This document shows positions 8,473-16,984 of a stretch of 30,841 nt of DNA, in pieces. Within the stretch, counting starts at the first letter, position 1, and every line of letters begins with the position of its first letter. Under the pieces are notes generated by a model. It saw only the letters and a list, made by a program, of their open reading frames with translations. It did not search any database and had not been told where the DNA came from. The translations under genes were made by a program, and so were the position numbers. This stretch comes from Crocinitomicaceae bacterium (lineage in GTDB: Bacteria; Bacteroidota; Bacteroidia; Flavobacteriales_D; Crocinitomicaceae): positions 1 to 30,841 of the forward strand of contig JBILBT010000001.1 in assembly GCA_044353545.1 (NCBI GenBank). The letters run 5' to 3'.

Positions 8473-9973
8473 ATGCCTGTGTTAAGTTTGATTTTTTTGA
8501 AATAAGTAGCAAGCCTATAAATGTCAGTAAACCATTCAAGATCAACAATTCATTTCCAAATTTATATCCGCTCATGAGTGACTCAGAATGTTTGTCTAAC
8601 CAATAGCAAGTGAGTGGGACAAGAATACAGATGACAGGAACAAACCATTCATTCAACTTTCGTTTGGTAAAGATTCCGAATGAAAACAAGCCCAAGAGTG
8701 GTCCGTAGGTATATCCCGCAATGGTCAGAATGAGTCCAATTAAATCTGTGCTTGGATTGGCATCTACATACCATTTGGTGAGTAAAATAATCACCAAGAA
8801 CAAGAGTGAAAATCCGATGTGAACAAGCAACTTTAAGCGCTGGCGTTCCTTTTCCTCGCGTTTGTGAAAGTTCAAGAAATCGATGCAAAAACCTGTGGTC
8901 AAGGCCGCCAAGGCACTATCTGCTGAGGCATACGACGAGGCGGTTATTCCAAGCAAGAAGAAAATTCCTGCAATTGTACCGAAGTTATTCAAGGCTAAGG
9001 TTGGGAAAACATGGTCCGTTTTCACATTCTCCCCGGCCATGGGTAAATCAACGCCCTTCGCCGCAGCATAGACGTACAAAGCCCCACCGAGCAATAAAAA
9101 CATGAAATTCGTCACGACCAAAATCGTGGTAAATGAATACATGTTCTTTTGCGCATCACCAATGGATTTACAGGTCAAATTCTTCTGCATCAAGTCCTGA
9201 TCGAGCCCCGTCATTGCGATTGCGAGAAACATTCCACCAAAGAATTGCTTTGGGAAAAACAGTTTAGAATTGGGATCGTCAAAAAAGAAAATTTGCGTCA
9301 TTGAACCACCCGAAGTTGTTTTTGTTTGACTAATCATCTTGTACAAACCTGAAAAATCAACATGCAATACATTGGCAATGATGATGGTACAAATCACCAC
9401 TGCACTAACAAGAAACAAGGTTTGAAAGGTATCGGTGTACACAATGGTTTTGATTCCTCCTTTGAAGGTATACACCCAAATCAAAGCGATGGTAATGACT
9501 ACGGTCAACCAATACGGGACATTCAAATCTTCGAAAAGAAACAATTGAAGTACAACTGTTGCCAGGTATAGGCGTGTTGCCGATCCAAGTGTACGCGAAA
9601 GGATGAAAAATGCTGCCCCTGTTTTATAGGAAACCACACCAAATCGGTCTCTCAAATATTCATAAATCGACGTGACATTTAATCGGTAATAAAGCGGCAT
9701 GAGTACCTGTGCAATGACGATATAGCCAATGACATAGCCCAAAACGATTTGAAAATAGGCCATTCCTTCAGTCAGCACCTTTCCTGGAACAGAAATGAAC
9801 GTCACCCCAGAAAGCGAGGCGCCAATCATTCCAAAAGCGACCAAGTACCATGGACTTTGTTTATTTCCCGTAAAAAAAGACTGAGTATCCGCATTTCTTG
9901 AGGTGATCCACGAGATAAAAATCAAGATAGAAAAATAGGCAACAAGGACAGTAATGATAATTGGAGTGCTCAT
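8456..9973 (-). CDS. Sodium:solute symporter (SSS) family transporter
   Basis: About 13 hydrophobic segments, with motifs FFTGNKQSPWYLVAFGMIGASLSGVTFISVPG and GLDQDLMQK. ATG at 9973 (10012 is a TTG). Confidence 0.92.
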   Translation of the reverse strand: MSTPIIITVLVAYFSILIFISWITSRNADTQSFFTGNKQSPWYLVAFGMIGASLSGVTFISVPGKVLTEGMAYFQIVLGYVIGYIVIAQVLMPLYYRLNVTSIYEYLRDRFGVVSYKTGAAFFILSRTLGSATRLYLATVVLQLFLFEDLNVPYWLTVVITIALIWVYTFKGGIKTIVYTDTFQTLFLVSAVVICTIIIANVLHVDFSGLYKMISQTKTTSGGSMTQIFFFDDPNSKLFFPKQFFGGMFLAIAMTGLDQDLMQKNLTCKSIGDAQKNMYSFTTILVVTNFMFLLLGGALYVYAAAKGVDLPMAGENVKTDHVFPTLALNNFGTIAGIFFLLGITASSYASADSALAALTTGFCIDFLNFHKREEKERQRLKLLVHIGFSLLFLVIILLTKWYVDANPSTDLIGLILTIAGYTYGPLLGLFSFGIFTKRKLNEWFVPVICILVPLTCYWLDKHSESLMSGYKFGNELLILNGLLTFIGLLLISKKSNLTQAYEDRT

Positions 9974-10044
9974 TTGTTCGGTTCTGCTGTTGAAATTAGT
10001 ATTAAAAATCAATCACATGGGACGAACCGCATGCTATCTTTTGT

Positions 10045-10064
10045 CAAAGGTAATTTTATCTTTG
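10045..10064. promoter_or_regulatory. Back-to-back Bacteroidota sigma-A -7 elements (TACCTTTG on -, TATCTTTG on +)
   Basis: caaaggta at 10045-10052 and tatctttg at 10057-10064, between divergent genes; both match TAnnTTTG. Confidence 0.6.
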
Positions 10065-10080
10065 CAAAAACGCCAACAAC

Positions 10081-10602
10081 ATGGATGCCTTGCTTCAGAT
10101 TGCTTTAATCATTTTCCCCGCGGGAGGTGTATTGCTTACAACCATCTTTTTCCTTCGTCGGGAAACGTCAAAAGAGTTGCATTCAGCGCAAATTGATTTA
10201 AAAAAGCAACGTCAAGAATACTTCTTACCAAGTCGTGTGGAGGCGTATCAACGATCTGTGCTTTTTATGGAGCGGATTCATCCGAACAGCCTGGTGATGC
10301 GTTTGCACAATGCTGGATTGCCGGCACGTGCACTTCAAGCTGACTTTTTGAAGGCCATTCGTGAAGAATACGACCACAACGTTGCGCAACAATTGTTTGT
10401 TTCACCGCAAGGATGGCAGATGGTAAAAAACTCTAAGGAAGAGACGATTAAAATCATCAACATCGCAGGCAATCAGATGACAGATACCTCAACAGGAATG
10501 GACTTATCGGCAAAGATTTTTGAAATCGTAGCAGAAGTTGGAGTTATGCCAAGTGAAGTTACCGTAGACTATCTCAAAAAGGAACTTCAAGATTTGTTCT
10601 GA
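10081..10602 (+). CDS. Conserved Bacteroidota hypothetical protein with a single N-terminal membrane anchor
   Basis: N-terminal hydrophobic helix, then motifs EAYQRSVLFMERIHP and IREEYDHNVAQQLFVS. Confidence 0.75.
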   Translation: MDALLQIALIIFPAGGVLLTTIFFLRRETSKELHSAQIDLKKQRQEYFLPSRVEAYQRSVLFMERIHPNSLVMRLHNAGLPARALQADFLKAIREEYDHNVAQQLFVSPQGWQMVKNSKEETIKIINIAGNQMTDTSTGMDLSAKIFEIVAEVGVMPSEVTVDYLKKELQDLF

Positions 10603-10604
10603 CC

Positions 10605-10814
10605 TCAGGTCATAAGAACGATGATGTCATCAATTTGAATGAGATCACCTGGAATAAGTTTCGCGCGTTTTCTGTATTCAATTTCTCCATTTCGTGAAAC
10701 CTCACCACCTTCAACAATGTGCTTGGCATGTCCACCCGTTTCAGCAATACCCAAAGCTTTTAGCAGTTGAATCAACTCAATGTACTCCCCCACAATCTTA
10801 AATTCACTTTCCAT
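10605..10814 (-). CDS. S4-domain RNA-binding protein (YaaA/YbcJ-like), 69 aa
   Basis: EYIELIQLLKALGIAETGGHAK...VSRNGEIEYRKRAKL. The start at ATG 10814 overlaps the meaB stop by 11 nt. Confidence 0.9.
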   Translation of the reverse strand: MESEFKIVGEYIELIQLLKALGIAETGGHAKHIVEGGEVSRNGEIEYRKRAKLIPGDLIQIDDIIVLMT

Positions 10815-11853
10815 TTTTACGCAGCATTTCGTTGAAATATATATATAGTTTTTCGGCCCCTTGAAATGAAGAAACATTGCCCTTGAACACATTTTTTTCC
10901 ATGTCCATCAGCGCTTTATGCATTTCTTCATTGCCGAAAAATTCATGCAAAATCATTTCTTTCAAACTTTCATTCAGCCAGTAGCAATCTTGCTTTTTTC
11001 GGTTTTCATCAAACCAACCATTGATCCGTGTGATGTTCGCGTGTGATTCGATCGTGGTCCACACCTTGTCGATATTTACATTTTGTAAAGCACTACAGGT
11101 GAACGACGGCGCAATCCATGCGCTTGATTTGGGAGGGAAAAGATGCATCGCATTCGCGTAGGACCGTGCAGCCATTTCCGCTTTCTTCGCGTTCTCACCA
11201 TCGGCTTTTGTAATGACCAATGCATCGGCCATTTCCATGATCCCACGTTTAATTCCTTGCAACTCATCTCCTGCTCCGGAGAGCATCAATAAGAGAAAAA
11301 AGTCAACCATCGAGTGTACCAAGGTTTCAGACTGACCTACACCTACTGTTTCGATGAGAATCACATCAAACCCAGCCGCTTCACAGAGGTAAATGGCTTC
11401 GCGCGTTCTGCGGGCAACACCTCCTAGCGTCCCACCCGCCGCCGTCGGACGAATAAACACATTGGGATGAACAGACAAATGTTGCATGCGGGTTTTATCC
11501 CCAAGAATGCTTCCACCGCTTTCCTCGCTGGAGGGATCGATAGCGAGCACGGCCAATTTCAATCCTTTGTCCGCCAAGAAACAGCCAAATGATTCAATGA
11601 AGGTACTTTTCCCAACGCCGGGAACACCTGTGATACCAATACGAATAGACGTTTTTCCACTTTTTAAGGCGCGGCTCACCAATTCATTGGCTTCAATACG
11701 ATCACTTTCGAGGGTACTTTCAAGTACTGTAATTCCAGTACTCAAGGCCTCTTTATCTCCATTGATAATGCGCGGAAACAGCTGTTCTGCTGAGCGGGAA
11801 TCCTTCCGTTCTTTGCGTCGCCGCAGCCAATCTTCCAAATGTTGCTCATCCAT
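10804..11853 (-). CDS. meaB: Methylmalonyl-CoA mutase-associated GTPase MeaB (ArgK family)
   Basis: GITGVPGVGKST, LAIDPSS, GSILGDKTRM, ETVGVGQSE, ELQGIKRGIME, ITKAD. ATG at 11853 (11862 is a TTG). Confidence 0.95.
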   Translation of the reverse strand: MDEQHLEDWLRRRKERKDSRSAEQLFPRIINGDKEALSTGITVLESTLESDRIEANELVSRALKSGKTSIRIGITGVPGVGKSTFIESFGCFLADKGLKLAVLAIDPSSEESGGSILGDKTRMQHLSVHPNVFIRPTAAGGTLGGVARRTREAIYLCEAAGFDVILIETVGVGQSETLVHSMVDFFLLLMLSGAGDELQGIKRGIMEMADALVITKADGENAKKAEMAARSYANAMHLFPPKSSAWIAPSFTCSALQNVNIDKVWTTIESHANITRINGWFDENRKKQDCYWLNESLKEMILHEFFGNEEMHKALMDMEKNVFKGNVSSFQGAEKLYIYFNEMLRKNGK

Positions 11854-11859
11854 GTATAA

Positions 11860-11905
11860 CAAATGTATTTAAAAGTTCGCTGCTTTGGCAACTTTCTTAA
11901 TTTTG
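11860..11905. promoter_or_regulatory. Divergent -7 elements: TACATTTG (-, 11867-11860) and TAATTTTG (+, 11898-11905)
   Basis: Both are exact TAnnTTTG matches, 6 and 4 nt from the respective ATGs. Confidence 0.6.
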
Positions 11906-11909
11906 TCGC

Positions 11910-12407
11910 ATGACCAAAATCGGGCTTTTATCGGACACACATGGTTTTGTAGACCCAAAGATTTACGACTACTTCAAGGATGTCGATGAGATTTGGCATG
12001 CAGGGGACATAGGAGATATTGCGGTCATCGATGAACTGAGAAAATTCAAACCCCTGCGCGGAGTCTATGGCAACATCGACGATCACATCATCCGCACTGA
12101 GCTGCCAGAATTCAACCGATTCATGTGCGAGGAGGTTGATGTACTCATTACCCACATCGGCGGAAAACCAGGGAAATATTCCAAACCTGCCTTTGAGGTT
12201 TTAGAAGAAAAAGCACCAAAACTCTTCATCTGTGGACATTCACACATCCTGCTCGTAAAGATGGATCCGAAGTTCAATATGCTGTGGATGAATCCCGGAG
12301 CTTGCGGATTTAAAGGTTTTCACAGTGTAAAGACCATCCTTCGTTTCAGCATCACGGGAGATCGAATCCATGATTTAGAAGTCGTTGAATTGGGAAAAAG
12401 AGTTTAA
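11910..12407 (+). CDS. Metallophosphoesterase family protein (YfcE-like)
   Basis: SDTHG, HAGD, GN.D, THIGG, GHSH and NPG metal-binding motifs. Confidence 0.92.
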   Translation: MTKIGLLSDTHGFVDPKIYDYFKDVDEIWHAGDIGDIAVIDELRKFKPLRGVYGNIDDHIIRTELPEFNRFMCEEVDVLITHIGGKPGKYSKPAFEVLEEKAPKLFICGHSHILLVKMDPKFNMLWMNPGACGFKGFHSVKTILRFSITGDRIHDLEVVELGKRV

Positions 12408-12458
12408 TTTTAAAATTTAACCTTGATATTTGCGTTAGTTCTGCCGATACTAAAAAAC

Positions 12459-13505
12459 ATGAACCGAATGATGGTCCGAATAGTCTTCTTGTCCTTTTTC
12501 ATCGTAAGTGCCATAAATGCAACTGGACAAACGGGCGGCACCAATGCCTTTCCCCTACTCGATCTCACCTTCAACGCACGCTCTGCAGGACTTGGTAATG
12601 AGTTCATCTCCATTAAAGACCAGGACATCAATCTTGGGATCACCAATCCGTCCCTGCTGAATGCAAAAATGCACAACACCATTTCTGTGAATCAAGCACT
12701 TTTGGCTGGAGGCATAAATTATGGAATGCTGGCCTATGGTCGGAGCATGTTTGGCGGAGTTGTGAGCACATCGATGCGCTATGTCAATTATGGGGAATTT
12801 CGATATACCGATGTTACAGGTGCTGATTATGGCAGCTTTCATCCCTTTGAATGCGTTGTCGGCGCTGGCTATGGACGTCAGTTGAACCCTCGAATATCCG
12901 TTGGTGCCAATTTCAACCTGCTCTACTCCCAACTCGAAATTTACAATGCCTTTGGGGCATCCATCGATTTAGCTGGAACCTATACCAGTAAAAATGAGAA
13001 CCTTTTGGTGACTGCCATGATGAAAAATGTAGGTTATCAATTCAATGGCTACAATTCGAAACAGCATGACCCCTTGCCAATGGAGATGCAAATGGCTGCA
13101 TCCTATAAGTTGGGATATGCACCATTTCGTTTTTCCTTGTTGGCTCACCACCTCAATCGCTGGGACTTGAGTTACAAGGATCCGAATGCGTTACCGACCC
13201 TTGACCCATTGACAGGAGACACGATTCCAGTTCCAACAGCAAACTTCGGAGAGAAATTGGCACGTCACTTCACCTATCAAGCTGAAATTTTAATTTCAAA
13301 AAGTATTCACCTTCGGGCAGGATTTGATTTCAACCGTCGTCAAGAAATGAAATTGGTAAATCGTCCAGGTGCTTCAGGCTTCACTTTCGGTTTAGGGCTC
13401 TACTTCAAGAAGTTCACTCTTGACTATGGATTTTCTTCCTTTTCCAGCTCGGGTTCCTTGCACATGCTGACCTTGTCAAGTTGCATCGATCGTTGGAGGA
13501 AGTAA
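12459..13505 (+). CDS. porQ: Type IX secretion system protein PorQ
   Basis: Signal peptide then QTGGTNAFPLLDL..NARSAGLG, NPSLLN, YVNYG, LARHF and FNRRQE; beta-barrel C-terminus. ATG at 12459 (12423 is a TTG); the exact start is uncertain. Confidence 0.8.
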   Translation: MNRMMVRIVFLSFFIVSAINATGQTGGTNAFPLLDLTFNARSAGLGNEFISIKDQDINLGITNPSLLNAKMHNTISVNQALLAGGINYGMLAYGRSMFGGVVSTSMRYVNYGEFRYTDVTGADYGSFHPFECVVGAGYGRQLNPRISVGANFNLLYSQLEIYNAFGASIDLAGTYTSKNENLLVTAMMKNVGYQFNGYNSKQHDPLPMEMQMAASYKLGYAPFRFSLLAHHLNRWDLSYKDPNALPTLDPLTGDTIPVPTANFGEKLARHFTYQAEILISKSIHLRAGFDFNRRQEMKLVNRPGASGFTFGLGLYFKKFTLDYGFSSFSSSGSLHMLTLSSCIDRWRK

Positions 13506-13603
13506 ACAAAAATAAATCGTAAAATCCATTCTATTAAGGTAACCTTTCGTGTAAAATTGATTATTTTCATCGAGACGGAAAAAGCTTCCATACCCTTTAT
13601 TTA

Positions 13604-14488
13604 ATGCGAAAAACGATGTATTTCACTCCTGCTAAACTAGTTACCTTCATTTTATTTAATTTTCTTTTTTTTACCGCACATTCAGAAGGAATTAACTTTC
13701 AACAAATTAGTCTTTCATCTGCATTAAAGAAAGCAGAAAAAGAACATAAAAAAGTCTTTGTCGATGTCTTTGCCGTTTGGTGTGGTCCATGCAAATACCT
13801 AACAAACAACGTTTTTACAGATGAATTACTTGGCAATTACATGAATGAGCATTTCATAAGTATCAAAATTGATGGAGAAGATGGCGAGGGCATCAAACTA
13901 ATGGAAGAATTTTCAATCGATGCCTATCCCACACTGTTATTTCTTAATCCGGATCGCACATTGCTCAAAAAAGTTGTTGGCGCCATGGAGGCAGAAGCCT
14001 TAAAAGAAAAAGCCATTTGGGTAATTACACCCGAACAGACGAGTATTTACCAAATGGGAAAGCGTTACAAAAGCGGTGATCGGGATAAAGAATTTCTGAG
14101 TGCCTATTTATTAGAAACGTACAACGATGATGGTGATTACACTGAAATATTAAATGAGTACAACCGATTGTATCCAAATTTAGACTTGAGCAATTCAGCT
14201 GACTTTATGGTTTTTGGGTTTAAAGAAATGAGCGTTGACGAGCCATTGGTTCAATCATTTTTATCTCAACCTGAAAAGTATTTTGAACTCTATGGTGATA
14301 CTGCCTTGGAAAAAGCTAAAGATCTTTTAATGAATTTGGCGGATGTTGCAAAAGAAAAACAGGATTTTGACATGATCGATAGAGGTCTGAACCTTTTATA
14401 TCCAGCTCTAGTAGTAATGATCGAAGGATTAGATGTATCTCAAGAAGAACTGCGGGCAAGTGTTATCGAATTGTATGAAGAAGAATGA
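13604..14488 (+). CDS. Secreted thioredoxin-family protein (WCGPC) with helical C-terminal extension
   Basis: Signal peptide, then FVDVFAVWCGPCK and cis-Pro motif AYPT. Confidence 0.85.
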   Translation: MRKTMYFTPAKLVTFILFNFLFFTAHSEGINFQQISLSSALKKAEKEHKKVFVDVFAVWCGPCKYLTNNVFTDELLGNYMNEHFISIKIDGEDGEGIKLMEEFSIDAYPTLLFLNPDRTLLKKVVGAMEAEALKEKAIWVITPEQTSIYQMGKRYKSGDRDKEFLSAYLLETYNDDGDYTEILNEYNRLYPNLDLSNSADFMVFGFKEMSVDEPLVQSFLSQPEKYFELYGDTALEKAKDLLMNLADVAKEKQDFDMIDRGLNLLYPALVVMIEGLDVSQEELRASVIELYEEE

Positions 14489-14581
14489 CCTACAGGTATT
14501 CACTTTAGTATTTTTATAATTTATAAACATATCATTTTCAATTAATTACAACTTATCAACAACTTTTTTTATAGTTTTTAA

Positions 14582-14606
14582 CAACCTTTTGGACTCCAAA
14601 TCCGTT
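14582..14606 (+). promoter_or_regulatory. Candidate ECF-sigma promoter CAAC-N17-CGTT
   Basis: caac cttttggactccaaatc cgtt, ending 29 nt upstream of ATG 14636. Confidence 0.4.
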
Positions 14607-14635
14607 ATAGTACCAAACAATTAAAAACTTAAACT

Positions 14636-15325
14636 ATGATAAAGTTAGCAGTACTAGTAGGAGCCATTGCATTGACAGGGGCAACATTTGCGCAAAGACC
14701 AACAGATTCAAATCCATTCTCATTGGAAGGTGGATTGAGCTTGAACACAACATCAAATACATTCAACGCCCCAATGTTGAAGTTGCGTTATTTTGCTATG
14801 GACAACTTTGCTGTTCGTCTTGGATTGCAAATGGACAACGAAAAAACAGTTGATAATTATTATGGTTTTGATGCACAGGGTGACGAAACAGCAGATTCAT
14901 TGGGAACAGTAACAGGCAAAGATCGTTTCACATGGGTATCAGTGGGTGGATCATACCATTTCTCTCAAATGGATCGTCTTTCACCTTATGTAGCCTTGGA
15001 TGTTATGATTGGAATGGGATCATCAAAAGTTGACGGCGTAGATACTGACGGAGCTGATTATGTTGCTGGACTTACAACATCTGCATCAACTAAGCAGTCA
15101 GGTTTAGGATTGAACATTGCTGGTGGTTTTGACTACTACTTTGCTGAAAACGTATTTATTGGTGGTGAAGTTGGTTTCATGTTCTTGAGTGCAAAAGACA
15201 AAGGAGGCGAAGCAAGTTCAACATTTGGTTCAACTACTTTGACATCTACCACACTTTCTTCAGGTTCTGCTTCTTCATTCGGAAACAGCGCTACTGCAGC
15301 GATCCGTTTGGGTTGGAGATTCTAA
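14636..15325 (+). CDS. Outer-membrane beta-barrel protein (probably 8-stranded, OmpA/Opa-like), paralog 1
   Basis: Signal peptide ...TFA-Q, alternating amphipathic strands, C-terminal GWRF BAM signal. Confidence 0.85.
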   Translation: MIKLAVLVGAIALTGATFAQRPTDSNPFSLEGGLSLNTTSNTFNAPMLKLRYFAMDNFAVRLGLQMDNEKTVDNYYGFDAQGDETADSLGTVTGKDRFTWVSVGGSYHFSQMDRLSPYVALDVMIGMGSSKVDGVDTDGADYVAGLTTSASTKQSGLGLNIAGGFDYYFAENVFIGGEVGFMFLSAKDKGGEASSTFGSTTLTSTTLSSGSASSFGNSATAAIRLGWRF

Positions 15326-15342
15326 CTTGAAATTATAACTTT

Positions 15343-15368
15343 AAAGAGGGGCTTCGGCCCCTTTTTTT
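15343..15368 (+). terminator. Intrinsic terminator
   Basis: aggggc-ttcg-gcccct stem with a cUUCGg loop, followed by a T-run. Confidence 0.9.
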
Positions 15369-15445
15369 GTTCCTAAACTTTTCTGCATGACCATTGTCAT
15401 ATTTATCCCAAACATCCATCACAAGAACCTATTGACCATCGCCCC

Positions 15446-15453
15446 TATCTTTG
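15446..15453 (+). promoter_or_regulatory. Sigma-A -7 element TATCTTTG
   Basis: Exact TAnnTTTG match 24 nt upstream of ATG 15478, located after the terminator. Confidence 0.6.
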
Positions 15454-15477
15454 CATGAACCATTAACGACAATCAAT

Positions 15478-16176
15478 ATGAAAAAAATTACATTTTTAGT
15501 TGGGGCTCTTGCATTGTCAACTGCAGTTTTAGCCCAAAGACCAATTGATTCGAATCCCTTCTCTTTGGAAGGAGGACTGAGTCTAAACAGTTTAACAAAC
15601 TCTTTTACTGCACCAATGATCAAGTTCCGCTACTTTGCGACGGACAATTTTGCTGCACGTATTGGATTCCAACACAACTACTCCCAAGATGTTTATAATG
15701 TCTACGGATTGGGAGCTGACTTTTACCCAAATGTTGACTCCTTGGGGACTCAAACCCTGCGTTCAGCAACGACATGGATCAGTCTTGGTGGCTCATACCA
15801 TTTTTCACAAATGGAACGCCTCTCGCCTTACATTGCCTTGGATGTTCTTGTAGGTTTCGGATCACAACATGAGGATTGGAAAGATTTCTCACCCAATTCA
15901 GGTGCTCCGGGTGATGGCGATTTTACAAAGGGTTCAAATGCGGAGGTCGTGACCAAAAACAATGGATTTGGTCTTGGACTCGCTGCTGGATTTGATTACT
16001 ATTTTGCCGAAAATGTCTTTATTGGCGCTGAGCTAGGTCTCAGTTTGCGGTCAACGGTCGACAAAGGTGGGGAAATGAATTTGAGTGGGACAACCATTAA
16101 AATTCATGCTCAAGGGAACTCGATTACATTTGGTAACAGCGCAACAGCTGCAATCCGAATGGGTTGGCGATTCTAA
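15478..16176 (+). CDS. Outer-membrane beta-barrel protein, paralog 2
   Basis: MKKITFLVGALALSTAVLA-QRP. Shares DSNPFSLEGGLSLN, GGSYHFSQM.RLSPY, GFDYYFAENVFIG and FGNSATAAIR.GWRF with paralog 1. 15451 is a TTG inside the promoter. Confidence 0.85.
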   Translation: MKKITFLVGALALSTAVLAQRPIDSNPFSLEGGLSLNSLTNSFTAPMIKFRYFATDNFAARIGFQHNYSQDVYNVYGLGADFYPNVDSLGTQTLRSATTWISLGGSYHFSQMERLSPYIALDVLVGFGSQHEDWKDFSPNSGAPGDGDFTKGSNAEVVTKNNGFGLGLAAGFDYYFAENVFIGAELGLSLRSTVDKGGEMNLSGTTIKIHAQGNSITFGNSATAAIRMGWRF

Positions 16177-16195
16177 GTCACTCCGCCAAAAAAGG

Positions 16196-16224
16196 AAAGG
16201 GTCAACCACGGTTGGCCCTTTTTT
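16196..16224 (+). terminator. Intrinsic terminator
   Basis: gggtcaac-cacg-gttggccc stem (one G-U pair), flanked by an A-run and a T-run. Confidence 0.8.
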
Positions 16225-16251
16225 ATGCGCTGAATTCCGTACATTCGCAGT

Positions 16252-16944
16252 ATGTCAGACAAAAGAATTACTATAGCAATTGACGGTCATTCCTCTTGTG
16301 GAAAAAGTACCATGGCAAAAGCTCTTTCTGAAAAGTTAGGCTATGTTTTTGTCGATAGCGGCGCCATGTACCGGGGTGTCACGCTCTACTGCAAGCAACA
16401 AGGATTGATCGTTGCGGGCGAACCAAATGAATTTGCCATTATGGCCCATTTGAATAAGATTTCTCTTTCCTTTGAATTCAATCCGGAACGCGGAGCAAGT
16501 GATCTCCTTTTAAATGGGGTGAATGTCGAAGCGATGATACGAACACCCGAGGTGGCTGGTGATGTATCGAAGATTGCTGCACTGCCGTTTGTCCGTAAAA
16601 AATTGGTGGATGAGCAACGGAAAATGGGAGAAAATGGGGGGATTGTCATGGATGGTCGCGACATTGGATCGGTAGTTTTCCCGAACGCTGAACTCAAACT
16701 TTTTGTTACCGCAGCACCCGAAATTCGCGCACAACGGCGATTGCTCGAACTCCAACAAAATGGCATAGACACCACATTCGACGAGGTGCTTCAAAATCTT
16801 ACCGAACGCGATTATTTGGATTCGAACCGCGATGACAGCCCTTTAATTCAAACACCTGATGCCCTTGTAATCGACACCTCACACCTCAGCCGTGAAGAAC
16901 AATTGGAAATGGCATTAAACCTGGTTCAAGGTCGACTGAAATAA
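16252..16944 (+). CDS. cmk: Cytidylate kinase ((d)CMP kinase)
   Basis: IAIDGHSSCGKST, DSGAMYR, VMDGRDIG.VVFP.AELK.F.TA, RD..DS.R..SPL. Confidence 0.97.
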   Translation: MSDKRITIAIDGHSSCGKSTMAKALSEKLGYVFVDSGAMYRGVTLYCKQQGLIVAGEPNEFAIMAHLNKISLSFEFNPERGASDLLLNGVNVEAMIRTPEVAGDVSKIAALPFVRKKLVDEQRKMGENGGIVMDGRDIGSVVFPNAELKLFVTAAPEIRAQRRLLELQQNGIDTTFDEVLQNLTERDYLDSNRDDSPLIQTPDALVIDTSHLSREEQLEMALNLVQGRLK

Positions 16945-16984
16945 GCAACGGAACGAATTTTCAACTCAACAAACTCTTGGAAAT

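Noticed and set aside
10837-10847. (AT)5A run near the meaB 3' end as a phase-variation tract
   Set aside because: It is too short, encodes ordinary L-Y-I-Y, and lies in a housekeeping gene.
13665-13672. T8 homopolymer in the thioredoxin signal-peptide region
   Set aside because: Short T-runs are expected in Phe/Leu-rich AT-biased signal peptides, and the frame is intact.
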